Shown: positions 25,980 to 39,661 of the stretch, piece by piece | Numbering within the stretch: position 1 is the stretch's first letter | Layout of the letters: each line of letters starts with the position of its first letter | Origin: Macrostomum lignano | Taxonomy: Eukaryota | Assembly (NCBI GenBank): GCA_002269645.1 | Contig: NIVC01003359.1 | Location: forward strand, 38,497 to 102,496 | Length of the DNA: 64,000 bases | Direction of reading: 5' to 3' | The notes under the pieces: generated by a model | Databases searched by the model: none | What the model was told of the DNA's origin: nothing | What the model saw: the letters and a program-made list of their open reading frames with translations, nothing else | Program-made: the position numbers and the translations under genes

Positions 25980-26213
25980 CAGAAGGTCGGCAAACTTTTT
26001 ACCGCCAGGGCCAGATGGAGAACCCAGCGCATGACTGCGGGTCAGAGGAGGGGAGAGAGGAGAGGGGAGATGAAATAAGAGAAGAGAGAGGAGGAAAGGG
26101 AGAGGAGAAGGGACACTAAGAAGAGACACAAACTTTGAGCGGGACGGATTACTATTGTGAAGTTTTAAAGGACCCTAGGGCATGTGGTTTGCCCTCGAGT
26201 TTGCCGACCCCTG
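25980..26213. mobile_element. hAT-type MITE
   Basis: TIR CAG(AA/G)GGTCGGCAAACT ... AGTTTGCCGACCCCTG; 8-bp TSD ACCAAAGC/ACTAAAGC (1 mismatch). Confidence 0.75.
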
Positions 26214-26710
26214 ACTAAAGCAATGTACTTGCTTTCGGATTTGCCCCCGCAGTTAAGTTTTTTTTTATAAGCGGGGCTCGTTATTCCACGAAGCTATCAG
26301 CTGACCCATTTTCTTCATTTCTCTCCATTGTTATTCGTACATAATTTCAACAATAGTCGAGTCACGTGCTCTCGTTCGGGTAGGGTAATGCCTATTGGTA
26401 ATGCGAGTTCTACAGACCCTAGTTATAGTTCGTAGTTTGATTTAGATAGAGAAGAAAGTTTAATACATTTTTGAATGTACATTTACTAAATTTGTTTATA
26501 TATCATACCAATACGTGGGTGGACTGTCTGACCTTGAAAAGAATTTCGTACGTACCCGTTGTTAGCCAACCAGTTAGCTGCTAGATACAGAGCTACAAAC
26601 AGGGGGTAATGTACGACATATTCACACCCCATTAAGCGTTATACAGAAATCTATTTTAGTACTACCTACTAATTTGTTCTGAGTTTTATACATACATTGA
26701 AGCAAAATGG

Positions 26711-27130
26711 ATGTCACAAGTTTTTCTATCTAGTCATCATTCGGAAAGCACAACTCTATCTGCAAGCTCTGCCGTTGCGTCCAAGATCATCGGAATATTC
26801 ATGGCATTAAACTCGGCTGGCTTAACAGAGACGACAATCGTAGACGAAGGAATCGATGACAGCGCATCGTCTTCGTTGACTTCATCAACAGATTTGGGAC
26901 ACGGCAGCGAAGTCGACGACAGGGTCGGGAGCGGCGGCGCAGACCAGTGCGCCGTCACGAATCCTGCCAGCGTCCTGCCCGACGAGGAAGTGAGCTGGAT
27001 GCTGTCCAACGACAGCGGCTTCGACCAGCCGCCGGAGGGTCAGACTAAGAAAAGTCTGGCTCGGCAGATTCTGCACTACATGGTCAAGAGCCGACGTAGG
27101 CATCGGCAGTCTTCGAGACCGACGGCGTGA
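26711..27130 (+). CDS. Hypothetical 139-aa Ser/Asp-rich protein
   Basis: ATG-to-stop ORF, GC-rich relative to flanks; no domain recognised. Confidence 0.45.
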   Translation: MSQVFLSSHHSESTTLSASSAVASKIIGIFMALNSAGLTETTIVDEGIDDSASSSLTSSTDLGHGSEVDDRVGSGGADQCAVTNPASVLPDEEVSWMLSNDSGFDQPPEGQTKKSLARQILHYMVKSRRRHRQSSRPTA

Positions 27131-27965
27131 CACCAAAACGGAGAACTGATCTGCTGCGTTCCTAGAAATGGGACATCTGGTGCGATCTCCGAACTTCGAT
27201 TACCTTTGAACCTTGGAAACCCTCAAACCCTCAATGTTTATTCATTATTCGTAGGAGTGTACTTTAATCACGTGTTGTCTTTCTCTACCAACCATTTAGG
27301 TCTGGCTTTAAAAATCTCGTTCAGTCTTTAGAATAAACCTTTTGGTCATACCGTTTGAGTAATTCATTAACTCTCTGTACAAACTGTACATTCAGGCCAG
27401 CTGTACATACAAGTACGCTATACCAGGCGTCCGTCATTATGGTCTTGAAAGCGTATTTTGGGTGTTGTTTTCGTCGCTTTTTTGACCAGCCGCTGTACAA
27501 ATTTACCCCGACTTAGTCAGCTGACATTTTGCAATATGCCTGTTCCTGTTCATTTTACCGTCAACATATGGGCTTATATTTCATTTCAATTGAGTATTCT
27601 ATAAGTTAATATTTTCCCTCAACCTACCTGCGACTCGTCCCTATTAAGTACGAAACTGTTGTCAATGCTTATCAGTTTGCATTCAAAATTCATTCGGGTC
27701 TCGTAATTCTGAGTGCAAATAAGTGTATATAGCATAATGCGTATCACGCTACTGAATTCATTTAAACGCTGTAGTTACTCGTACATGGAGGACTTCATTT
27801 GACTATAATAAACTCTAATAAATAAGCTTTTCAGTTTGAATTTGTTTTAATTTCATGCGGAAGATACATGTAATGCAAAAACGTAAACGTTTGTTTATTT
27901 ACAATCAATCATTTTTAAAACGCAATGGATGATAACAGGATGTGGACAGTTGTATGGATATTTCA

Positions 27966-28344
27966 ATGAATCGCCGAAAAAGATCTTGGCCTATTCAGTT
28001 CAATATGTTTCTTCTCAGCTTTTTGAGTAACCAGCCTCTGGCAGCTGGACGGCCGCTTCATCTGGGTCCAGCGCAGCTTGAGTCGCAACTGCAGCTGGCC
28101 GTTGAGCAGCTGCCAGACTCCGTGCAGCTCTGGAAACGCCGGCCTCTGGAAACACGTCGCCAGAATCGCGACGTCTTTGGCTTCGCGGCTGGGCCCGACG
28201 CCGCCAATGCTACAGAGCTCGAGTCGATGCCACGCCGTGTTCAGTGAGCTGCCGATGCTCCGAGACACCACGGCGGAGAGGCTTTGCGGCAGATGGGACA
28301 GCACTGAGTTGCTCATGTTCGCTGCTTTCTACAATAGTTTTTGA
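27966..28344 (+). CDS. Possible small secreted peptide precursor (frame uncertain)
   Basis: GC-rich island; MFLLSFL...AAG|RPL..., KRR/RR sites; overlapping frames suggest a frameshift. Confidence 0.3.
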
Positions 28345-28744
28345 CTAACAATTTTGCCTTTTGCTTGCTACACTGGCTTTAAGATATAGCTGCAGCTTGC
28401 ATAGATATGCAGTAATATGCAGTATCTGCGCAAGGGTATGTTCTATCCAACACGTGATAGCACGTGACAGTGCTAGCTATACAGCAACAACAATACTTTG
28501 CGCTTGAATTCTCATTCTATTGTACTTGATTCGTTGAGTAAGTGAGGTAGTTTCGAGTACTTGACATGTACTTCCTATACTAGTAGCAATCTAAATTTAA
28601 ATTCGTTTAAAACGTAAGAGTGACGTTTCAGCCAAGGACTACCCTCAAGTAGAAGAATACTTACAAACAAAAAATATATTCCTAGTGGAAATGGAACAGT
28701 GAAATTAACAAGATACTATGAAAGCTATGATATAAACTGGCAAG

Positions 28745-28988
28745 CAGTGGCGGCGGCGCAGGCGGGGGCAGAGGGGGCTGCTGCCCCCGGGTGACCACCT
28801 CCTACCCCCCTCCGTGGCGTGACCGACCATAATTTTTAGTGCGAAATCGTTATATGCGTTTTAGTGAGATTTTAGCGTAATAAAATGCGCTGCTCTGATT
28901 CTAAAAATTCGCTGGGGGGGGGGTAACCATGACACCCAACCACCGCCCCCCCCCCCCCCCCCAGATCAGAGGTGCTGCGCCGCCACTG
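28745..28988. mobile_element. hAT-type MITE (244 bp)
   Basis: TIR CAGTGGCGGCG ... CGCCGCCACTG; 8-bp TSD CTGGCAAG/CTGGCAAA. Confidence 0.8.
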
Positions 28989-29384
28989 CTGGCAAATCTT
29001 CTAATAGATCCTTTTATGTAACAACTCTAATCTGTCCAGAGCCAGTCTTTAGTTTTATGCAACACAATTAATGCTTAAGCCATTCTGCCAAAGCTGCAAG
29101 AGTCTGCAGTGTGTTTGCCAGTCAAAGCCTAATCTAACAGATTTCGCTTTTAACTGCAGGTCGACAACTAGTATTTGATCTAGTTTTAAGCTTCTTATGT
29201 CTTAATTATAAGGGAGGTTTTATTCGCCTGAGAATTTTAGACAAGATATAAAGAGCCAAGTTAAGGCAGAATTTCAGAGTACAAGCTGCTCTTTGCGGCA
29301 AACAGTTTGAAAGCTTTACGAGGTAAGGCAAATACGCTCGTACATAGCTGTAAAAACACAGCTACAAAAATTTTTATTAGCAAT

Positions 29385-32300
29385 TCGCCTATAGATTTCA
29401 GCCGGAGCCATAGACAGTATCAGATTAGCAATGTGTCTATAGATTTCAGCCGGAGCCATAGACAGTATCAGATTAGCAATGTGTCTATAGATTTCAGCCG
29501 GAGCCATAGACAATATCAGATTAGCAATATGTCTATAGATTTCAGCCGGAGCCATAGACAGTATCAGATTAGCAATGTGTCTATAGATTTCAGCCGGAGC
29601 CATAGACAAAATCAGATTAGCAATGTGTCTATAGATTTCAGCCGGAGCCATAGACAATATCAGATTAGCAATGTCTATAGATTTCAGCCGGAGCCATAGA
29701 CAGTATCAGATTAGCAATGTGTCTATAGATTTCAGCCGGAGCCATAGACAGTATCAGATTAGCAATATGTCTATAGATTTCAGCCGGAGCCATAGACAAT
29801 ATCAGTTTAGCAATATGTCTATAGATTTAAGCCGGAGCCATAGACAATATCAGTTTAGCAATATGTCTATAGATTTCAGCCGGAGCCATAGACAATATCA
29901 GATTAGCAATGTGTCTATAGATTTCAGCCGGAGCCATAGACAATATCAGTTTAGCAATGTCTATAGATTTCAGCCGGAGCCATAGACAGTATCAGATTAG
30001 CTATGTGTCTATAGATTTCAGCCGGAGCCATAGACAGTATCAGTTTAGCAATGTGTCTATAGATTTCAGCCGGAGCCATAGACAATCAGATTAGCAATAT
30101 GTCCATAGATTTCAGCCGGAGCCATAGACAATATCAGTTTAGCAATATGTCTATAGATTTAAGTTGGAACCATAGACAGTATCAGTTTAGCAATATGTCT
30201 ATAGATTTCAGCCGGAGCCATAGACAATATCAGATTAGCAATATGTCTATAGATTTCAGCCGGAGCCATAGACAGTATCAGTTTAGCAATGTGTCTATAG
30301 ATTTCAGCCGGAGCCATAGACAATATCAGATTAGCAATGTGTCTATAGATTTGAGCCGGAGCCATAGACAATATCAGATTAGCAATGTGTCTATAGATTT
30401 CAGCCGGAGCCATAGATAGTATCAGATTAGCAATATGTCTATAGATTTCAGCCGGAGCCATAGACAATATCAGATTAGCAATATGTCTATAGATTTGAGC
30501 CGGAGCCATAGACAATATCAGATTAGCAATATGTCTATGGATTTAAGCCGTAGCCATAGACAATATCAGATTAGCAATATGTCTATAGATTTCAGCCGGA
30601 GCCATAGACAATATCAGATTAGCAATATGTCTATAGATTTCAGCCGGAGCCATAGACAGTATCAGTTTAGCAATGTGTCTATAGATTTCAGCCGGAGCCA
30701 TAGACAATATCAGATTAGCAATGTGTCTATAGATTTGAGCCGGAGCCATAGACAATATCAGATTAGCAATGTGTCTATAGATTTCAGCCGGAGCCATAGA
30801 TAGTATCAGATTAGCAATATGTCTATAGATTTCAGCCGGAGCCATAGACAATATCAGATTAGCAATATGTCTATAGATTTGAGCCGGAGCCATAGACAAT
30901 ATCAGATTAGCAATATGTCTATGGATTTAAGCCGTAGCCATAGACAATATCAGATTAGCAATATGTCTATAGATTTCAGCCGGAGCCATAGACAGTATCA
31001 GTTTAGCAATGTGTCTATAGATTTCAGCCGGAGCCATAGACAATATCAGATTAGCAATGTGTCTATAGATTTGAGCCGGAGCCATAGACAATATCAGATT
31101 AGCAATGTGTCTATAGATTTCAGCCGGAGCCATAGATAGTATCAGATTAGCAATATGTCTATAGATTTCAGCCGGAGCCATAGACAATATCAGTTTAGCA
31201 ATATGTCTATAGATTTCAGCCGGAGCCATAGATAGTATCAGGTTAGCAATACGTCTATGGATTTAAGCCGGAGCCATAGACAATATCAGTTTAGCAATAC
31301 GTCTATAGATTTAAGTTGGAACCATAGGCAGTATCAGTTTAGCAATATGTCTAGATTTAAGCCGGAGCCATAGACAATATCAGATTAGCAATATGTCTAT
31401 ATATTTGAGCCGGAGCCATAGACAATATCAGATTAGCAATATGTCTATATATTTGAGCCGGAGCCATAGACAATATCAGATTAGCAAATGTCTATATATT
31501 TCAGCCGGAGCCATAGACAATATCAGATTAGCAATATGTCTATAGATTTCAGCCGGAGCCATAGACAATATCAGATTAGCAATGTGTCTATAGATTTCAG
31601 CCGGAGCCATAGACAGTATCAGATTAGCAATGTGTCTATATATTTCAGCCGGAGCCATAGACAATATCAGATTAGCAATGTGTCTATATATTTCAGCCGG
31701 AGCCATAGACAGTATCAGATTAGCAATGTGTCTATATATTTCAGCCGGAGCCATAGACAGTATCAGATTAGCAATGTGTCTATAGATTTCAGCCGGAGCC
31801 ATAGACAATATCAGATTAGCAATGTGTCTATAGATTTCAGCCGGAGCCATAGACAATATCAGATTAGCAATGTGTCTATATATTTGAGCCGGAGCCATAG
31901 ACAATATCAGATTAGCAATGTGTCTATAGATTTCAGCCGGAGCCATAGACAGTATCAGATTAGCAATGTGTCTATAGATTTGAGCCGGAGCCATAGACAA
32001 TATCAGATTAGCAAATGTCTATAGATTTGAGCCGGAGCCATAGACAGTATCAGATTAGCAATGTGTCTATAGATTTCAGCCGGAGCCATAGACAATATCA
32101 GATTAGCAAATGTCTATATATTTCAGCCGGAGCCATAGACAGTATCAGATTAGCAATGTGTCTATAGATTTGAGCCGGAGCCATAGACAATATCAGATTA
32201 GCAATATGTCCATAGATTTCAGCCGGAGCCATAGATAGTATCAGATTAGCAATATGTCTATAGATTTCAGCCGGAGCCATAGACAATATCAGTTTAGCAA

Positions 32301-33320
32301 TATGTCTATAGATTTCAGCCGGAGCCATAGATAGTATCAGGTTAGCAATACGTCTATGGATTTAAGCCGGAGCCATAGACAATATCAGTTTAGCAATACG
32401 TCTATAGATTTAAGTTGGAACCATAGGCAGTATCAGTTTAGCAATATGTCTAGATTTAAGCCGGAGCCATAGACAATATCAGATTAGCAATATGTCTATA
32501 TATTTGAGCCGGAGCCATAGACAATATCAGATTAGCAATATGTCTATATATTTGAGCCGGAGCCATAGACAATATCAGATTAGCAAATGTCTATATATTT
32601 CAGCCGGAGCCATAGACAGTATCAGATTAGCAATGTGTCTATATATTTCAGCCGGAGCCATAGACAGTATCAGATTAGCAATGTGTCTATAGATTTCAGC
32701 CGGAGCCATAGACAATATCAGATTAGCAATGTGTCTATAGATTTCAGCCGGAGCCATAGACAATATCAGATTAGCAATGTGTCTATATATTTGAGCCGGA
32801 GCCATAGACAATATCAGATTAGCAATGTGTCTATAGATTTCAGCCGGAGCCATAGACAGTATCAGATTAGCAATGTGTCTATAGATTTGAGCCGGAGCCA
32901 TAGACAATATCAGATTAGCAATGTGTCTATATATTTGAGCCGGAGCCATAGACAATATCAGATTAGCAATGTGTCTATAGATTTCAGCCGGAGCCATAGA
33001 CAGTATCAGATTAGCAATGTGTCTATAGATTTGAGCCGGAGCCATAGACAATATCAGATTAGCAAATGTCTATAGATTTGAGCCGGAGCCATAGACAGTA
33101 TCAGATTAGCAATGTGTCTATAGATTTCAGCCGGAGCCATAGACAATATCAGATTAGCAAATGTCTATAGATTTCAGCCAGAGCCATAGACAGTATCAGA
33201 TTAGCAAATGTCTATATATTTCAGCCAGAGCCATAGACAGTATCAGATTAGCAATATGTCGATTTCAGCCGGAGCCATAGACAATATCAAATTACAATTC
33301 GCCTGTAGATTTCAGCAGAG
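29385..33320. repeat. 48-bp satellite GTCTATAGATTTCAGCCGGAGCCATAGACAGTATCAGATTAGCAATGT, about 80 copies, with higher-order structure
   Basis: Head-to-tail identical-length units with no spacers. Confidence 0.97.
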
Positions 33321-33971
33321 CATATTCAAGAATTTCCTACGAAATCTACTCTGCAATTACAGTGTAGGTGCATAGAACTAGCTTGTATTTCCCAGGTGAT
33401 TCTTGAAACACTGGCTCTCCTTATGACCCGGTGTAAAAAAATGAAAGTTGCTAACTAGCTTCCCGCAAGCATCTGTCTTGGGAGTTTTTTTGCAACAGAC
33501 TCCGCACCCACAGCCACTGCAGCTTTCATTCATGCGAATCACTCTAGCTTGGTAGAAAAGAAATGCATGGAGCCTTCTCTCCAGCAATAGCTATACGCCT
33601 CCTTTTCCTAAAATGGAGTGAGTGAAACTGAGTGGGCTTCAAGCAGCTGCATCGCTTGCAGGGGCTTTTCAAACAAGTCGCTATATGGAGAAGTTTGCGA
33701 CGCCTCTGCACTCCTCCTGCGCCATGCAATGAGTGAATGAGTTTCGCTTTAACCCCTTCGTTCTTTCATTGCTGCATAGTACAGTCTCAATGATGCAAGC
33801 AACGATGTGCCTTGTATGTTAGTAACACATTAGCTTTCATGTTCTGCAAGAAAGTATCCGTATTTTCTACATCCTTGGATAGAATTTTAAACAGTTATTT
33901 GTCTTGACAACAAAATATACAGCTACCAGCGTAGGATATAATGCTTTTAGTTTGTGAGCTGAGTTTTTTTA

Positions 33972-35318
33972 GTAGGGATCTGAGTGTTTGAGTAGGAATC
34001 TGAGTGCTTGAGTGGGGATCTGAGTGCTTGAGTGGGGATCTGAGTGTTTGAGTAGGGATCTGAGTGCTTGAGTAGGGATCTGAGTGTTTGAGTAGGGATC
34101 TGAGTGTTTGAGTAGGGATCTGAGTGCTTGAGTAGGGATCTGAGTGCTTGAGTGGGGATCTGAATGTTTGAGTAGGGATCTGAGTGTTTGAGTAGGGATC
34201 TGAGTGCTTGAGTAGGGATCTGAGTGTTTGACTAGGGATCTGAGTGTTTGACTAGGGATCTGAGTGTTTGAGTAGGGATCTGAGTGTTTGAGTAGGGATC
34301 TGAGTGTTTGAGTAGGGATCTGAGTGTTTGAGTAGTGATCTGAGTGCTTGAGTAGGGATCTGAGTGTTTGAGTAGTGATCTGAGTGTTTGAGTAGGGATC
34401 TGAGTGCTTGAGTAGGGATCTGAGTGTTTGAGTGGGGATCTGAATGTTTGAGTAGGGATCTGAGTGTTTGAGTAGGGATCTGAGTGCTTGAGTAGGGATC
34501 TGAGTGTTTGACTAGGGATCTGAGTGTTTGACTAGGGATCTGAGTGTTTGAGTAGGGGAGTCTGAGTAGATCTGTTTGAGTAGGGATCTGAGTGTTTGAG
34601 TAGGGATCTGAGTGCTTGAGTGGGGATCTGAGTGAGTGATCTGAGTGTTTGAGTAGGGATCTGAGTGTTTGAGTAGGGATCTGAGTGTTTGAGTGATCTT
34701 GAGTAGGGATCTGAGTGTTTGAGTAGGGATCTGAGTGTTTGAGTAGGGATCTTGAGTAGGGATCTGAGTGCTTGAGTAGGGATCTGAGTGCTTGAGTAGG
34801 GATCTGATGTTTGAGTAGGGATCTGAGTGTTTGAGTAGGGATCTGAGTGCTTGAGTAGGGATCTGAGTGTTTGACTAGGGATCTGAGTGTTTGAGTAGGG
34901 ATCTGAGTGTTTGAGTAGGGATCTGAGTGTTTGAGTAGTGATCTGAGTGCTTGAGTAGGGATCTGAGTGTTTGAGTAGTGATCTGAGTGTTTGAGTAGGG
35001 ATCTGAGTGTTTGAGTAGGGATCTGAGTGTTTGAGTAGGGATCTGAGTGTTTGAGTAGGAATCTGAGTGTTTGAGTAGTGATTCGAGTGTTTGAGTAGGG
35101 ACTTGAGTGCTACTCAAGTCCAAGGAGTGTTTGAGTTCAAGGAGTGTTTGAGTAGTGATCCGAGTGTTTGAGTAAGGATCTGAGTGCTTGAGTAAGGATC
35201 TGAGTGCTTGAATAATGATTCGAGTGTTTGAGTAGGAATCTGAGTGTTTGAGTAGGGATCTGAGTGTTTGAGTAGGAATCTGAGTGTTTGAGTAGGGATC
35301 CGAGTGTTTGAGTAGGGA
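33972..35318. repeat. 20-bp satellite GAGTAGGGATCTGAGTGTTT
   Basis: About 65 copies by length; direct inspection. Confidence 0.97.
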
Positions 35319-36787
35319 ATATGGATGTTTCGGAAAAGTTCATATTTATTCAGCCCAAATGGTTTTCTTTACATTAAGTAAAAGCCGACTCACCTTTCAC
35401 CCCGCTCCGCCCTTTCGTGCAATGTACATCTGCTCGTACACTGGGCGCCCCCACCCCCCACGCGTCAATTTCTCTTCGCTTTATCTAAATAAATAAAGTC
35501 AAACCAGCCAGCGACCCGACCCAGAAGGCCTTTTTTGCTTTTTCTCAACAAACTCTAAAGAGAAAATCAATTGAGTCGTGTCAATTCAATTACAATGGAA
35601 AAATCAGCACTCGCAGATCGTGCAGGCTTCGCCGGAGGCCCGCTGCAAAACATTAACTAACAAAGAAAGTTTTCAGTTTTTTAACCTCTAAATTCCCTAT
35701 AGCTTGCCGTCTGACCTTCCTAATTCCAAAGGAAGCAAGCATGTGCTTTGCCCAAAGTGCACTCACAAGTGTGGCAAGAAAAGAAGCGCTATTGGAGAGC
35801 GGCAACGCTCGAAATACAGTTGTGTTTTTAAACGGATTTTGCAAAGATCTGCTACTTTTTTGCACACCTCTGAATGGAGGGGTTCCGCCATAGACAATTC
35901 TTTTTGTTTAATCTGCGTGCAGAATTGTCAATCTTGCACACTCAATCTTGCAGAATTGGTTTTGTCTATGGTTTAACCACACTGTCTATGAGTAAAATGG
36001 AATCAAATGAGAATGATATTCATGTACACTGACTCATGCGTCTATGGCAAAAAACATGCAGCGAAAACCGGCAGCCTCCGGCGAGCCATCGGGCTGCTTC
36101 CCCGTCAAGTTCAAGTGATTGTTGGTGCGGCTTCAGCAAATCCACTACGGTGAAGTCACGCTTCCGCGATGGAAAACAGAAACAAAAGGCTTTCGGAGCG
36201 CGTAAAAAGCGCTAAAACTGTTTGAGCACTTCCCGAACCCGTGCCGGTCCATTGTCAGCATCCGGGGCTTGACAATGCAATAGGAAGTGGGCATGCAGGT
36301 TGACAGGTAAGAAATTTTCTGCCAAGACATTTCTCCTAGCAACCAATTTGTTTCCCATCGGCTCAGTGCGGGTAACTCAAGTGCGCAAGGATTCACTTGT
36401 AAATGGGGATTGGGAAAGTGAACGCTGTGGGGCAGTGACATGCGAGTAGCGTCATAATCTGATACTCCGTGCTCGCCATCCAGCATTTGAGATTATCAGA
36501 ACCCGGGTTTAAACTGCGATCAAACAGCTGCCCCCCCCAAATGCATTAGTAAACTGTCAGCTCATTTTTGAAACAATCGATCAATGTTTCAGGATGCCGG
36601 AGTGTCTGGCAGAGGCCTTGTTTGACTAGCCCGCACGCCAAGCTGGCGCGCCTTCTCTTTGCACAGATGTCGCCCGGTTTCTGCCAGCTGCTTCACCGCG
36701 GACCCTGAGATTTTGAGGCGCGAGTTTGATGAGACCTTCGGGAAGTATTGGCTGGATTAAACCCGCGGCTGCGGCTGAAGCTAATGT

Positions 36788-37460
36788 AGTGTGGGGAAGG
36801 TTGTGACATAGAGTGTGGGGAAGGTTGTGACATAGAGTGTGGGGAAGGTTGTGACATAGAGTGTGGGGAAGGTTGTGACATAGAGTGTGGGGAAGGTTGT
36901 GACATAGAGTGTGGGGAAGGTTGTGACATAGAGTGTGGGGAAGGTTGTGACATAGAGTGTGGGGAAGGTTGTGACATAGAGTGTGGGGAAGGTTGTGACA
37001 TAGAGTGTGGGGAAGGTTGTGACATAGAGTGTGGGGAAGGTTGTGACATAGAGTGTGGGGAAGGTTGTGACATAGAGTGTGTGGAAGGTGTGTACATAGA
37101 GTGTGGGGAATGGTTGTGACATAGAGTGTGGGGAATGTTGTGACATAGAGTGTGGGAAGGTGTGACATAGAGTGTGGGAAGGTGTGCATAGAGTGTGGAA
37201 GGTGTGCATGGTGTGGTTAATGTACAGATGTGGAATATACTAGAGTGTGTAATTTGTACATAGAGTGGGAGGTTGTGACATGATGTGGCAAGGTTGTGAC
37301 TATGACGGGTTAAGTTGTGAGATAGAGTGGAAGGTTGTGGAGTGTGGCTCTCATTTGGACATATGGTGGGGAGGGTGTGACATATAGAGTGTCGGGAGGG
37401 TGTGACATGGGTGGGAGGGATGTGACTAGATGTGGGAGGTTGTGACATAGAGTGTGGGAT
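36788..37460. repeat. 24-bp minisatellite GTGTGGGGAAGGTTGTGACATAGA, degenerating to the right
   Basis: Direct inspection. Confidence 0.95.
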
Positions 37461-37549
37461 TGTGTGTAGCATAGAGTATGGGGATGGTGGGCATGGTGGA
37501 TCGGGACTGTGGACTCCCGCTGATGATCTGGGATCGAGATCGGGAGGGA

Positions 37550-38801
37550 TGTTCTGATCGGGATCTGGATCGGGATCTGGGATCGGGATCTGGGATCGGG
37601 ATCTGGGATCGGGATCTGGGATAGGGATCTGGGATCGGGATCTGGGATCGGGATCTGGGATCGGGATCTGGGATCGGGATTTGGGATCGGGATCTGGGAT
37701 CGGGATCTGGGATCGGGATCTGGGATCGGGATCTTCGGGATCGGGATCTGGGATCGGGACCTCTCTCGGGATCTGGGATCGGGATCTGGGATCGGGATCT
37801 GGGATGGGATCCTGGGATCGGGATCTGGGATCGGGATCTGGGATCGGGATCTGGGATCGGGATCTGGGATCGGGATCTGGGATCGGGATCTGGATCTGGG
37901 ATCTGGGATCGGGCCTCTGGATCGGATCGGGATCGGGATCGGGATCGGGATCGGGATCGGGAGGGGATCGGGATCTGGGATCGGGATCTGGGATCGGGAT
38001 CTGGGATCGGGATCTGGGATCGGGATCTGGGATCGGGATCTGGGATCGGGATCTGGGATCGGGATCTGGGATCGGGATCTGGGATCGGGATCTGGGATCG
38101 GGATCTGGGATCGGGATCTGGGATCGGGATCTGGGATCGGGATCTGGGATCGGGATCTGGGATCGGGATCTGGGATCGGGATCTGGGATCGGGATCTGGG
38201 ATCGGGATCTGGGATCGGGATCTGGGATCGGGATCTGGGATCGGGATCTGGGATCGGGATCTGGGATCGGGATCTGGGATCGGGATCTGGGATCGGGATC
38301 TGGGATCGGGATCTGGGATCGGGATCTGGGATCGGGATCTGGGATCGGGATCTGGGATCGGGATCTGGGATCGGGATCTGGGATCGGGATCTGGGATCGG
38401 GATCTGGGATCGGGATCTGGGATCGGGATCTGGGATCGGGATCTGGGATCGGGATCTGGGATCGGGATCTGGGATCGGGATCTGGGATCGGGATCTGGGA
38501 TCGGGATCTGGGATCGGGATCTGGGATCGGGATCTGGGATCGGGATCTGGGATCGGGATCTGGGATCGGGATCTGGGATCGGGATCTGGGATCGGGATCT
38601 GGGATCGGGATCTGGGATCGGGATCTGGGATCGGGATCTGGGATCGGGATCTGGGATCGGGATCTGGGATCGGGATCTGGGATCGGGATCTGGGATCGGG
38701 ATCTGGGATCGGGATCTGGGATCGGGATCTGGGATCGGGATCTGGGATCGGGATCTGGGATCGGGATCTGGGATCGGGATCTGGGATCGGGATCTGGGAT
38801 C
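37550..38801. repeat. 13-bp satellite GGGATCTGGGATC, highly homogeneous
   Basis: About 95 copies by length; source of spurious 374-756 aa ORFs. Confidence 0.97.
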
Positions 38802-39661
38802 CTGACCCTGAGCGTTGACGTCACCAGAAAGAGTGAAAAAAGAGGGAGTTTTTTCCTCTTTTCTGCCCCTGCGCCTCGGGGTGGAGGGTTGCAAAAAACC
38901 GGTACAGCCCTCGCCTCGGGTCCCGTGCGCGCAGAAAAAGGCGCCTTGAAAACCGAGTCGCACTCCATCTTTGCGGGCCTCATCCCGCTACTGAATATTG
39001 CATTTCCAGAAGCAGTCGAGTGGGAGGCCGGTGGTTCGTGAAAAACAAAACTCACGACGCGCATCCGGGATCTCGCAGCAGAGCAGCGCCAATTGTCCCC
39101 CACCCAGCAGTTTTCTTTTCATTCTTCCGGCTTGTCGCCCCCAGCCCACCCCCTCGGATCCCCACCTCGGGCGTATCGACGAGGCAGGCATTGTTTTTCA
39201 ATAATTTATCCCCGAGACCGGGAGCATTCCTCCGGCTGGCTGAGAAGGAAGCTGGGTGCTCAACTTGGGGTGGCAGCACGGCGGCAGCATGAGACGGAAT
39301 TCACACCCCATCAGCTTCTCAGCCAGCTCTTGAAATCCGCCTACAGGTATGAATCAGGGGGGGAGGGCAGCCATGGCGGTGTTGACAGCGGCAATGCGTG
39401 AATACCTGCAAAAGTGATGATGCCCAGAGGCTGCCCCATAAATAATTTATCGATCGCCTGGCAGTTTTATGGAGAAGAGTTTCAGATTCATTTCGGCGGC
39501 TCGGCTGAAACTGATTGCGACTTCAGACAGACAAACAGTATTTGAGAATTCCACCTGTGGGGCCGCTTGGCTGGCTTTTATGTCTACCGAATTTGCTGCA
39601 TCTTTAATTCTCACCAAATCTCCTGCAGTCCTAGCTACGATCCCGATACTCCCTGACGCTG

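Noticed and set aside
29385-33320. CRISPR array, or a hammerhead-ribozyme satellite, in the 48-bp repeat
   Set aside because: Units are head-to-tail with no unique spacers and there are no cas genes. The minus strand has CTGATAC...GAAA, not the required CTGANGA core.
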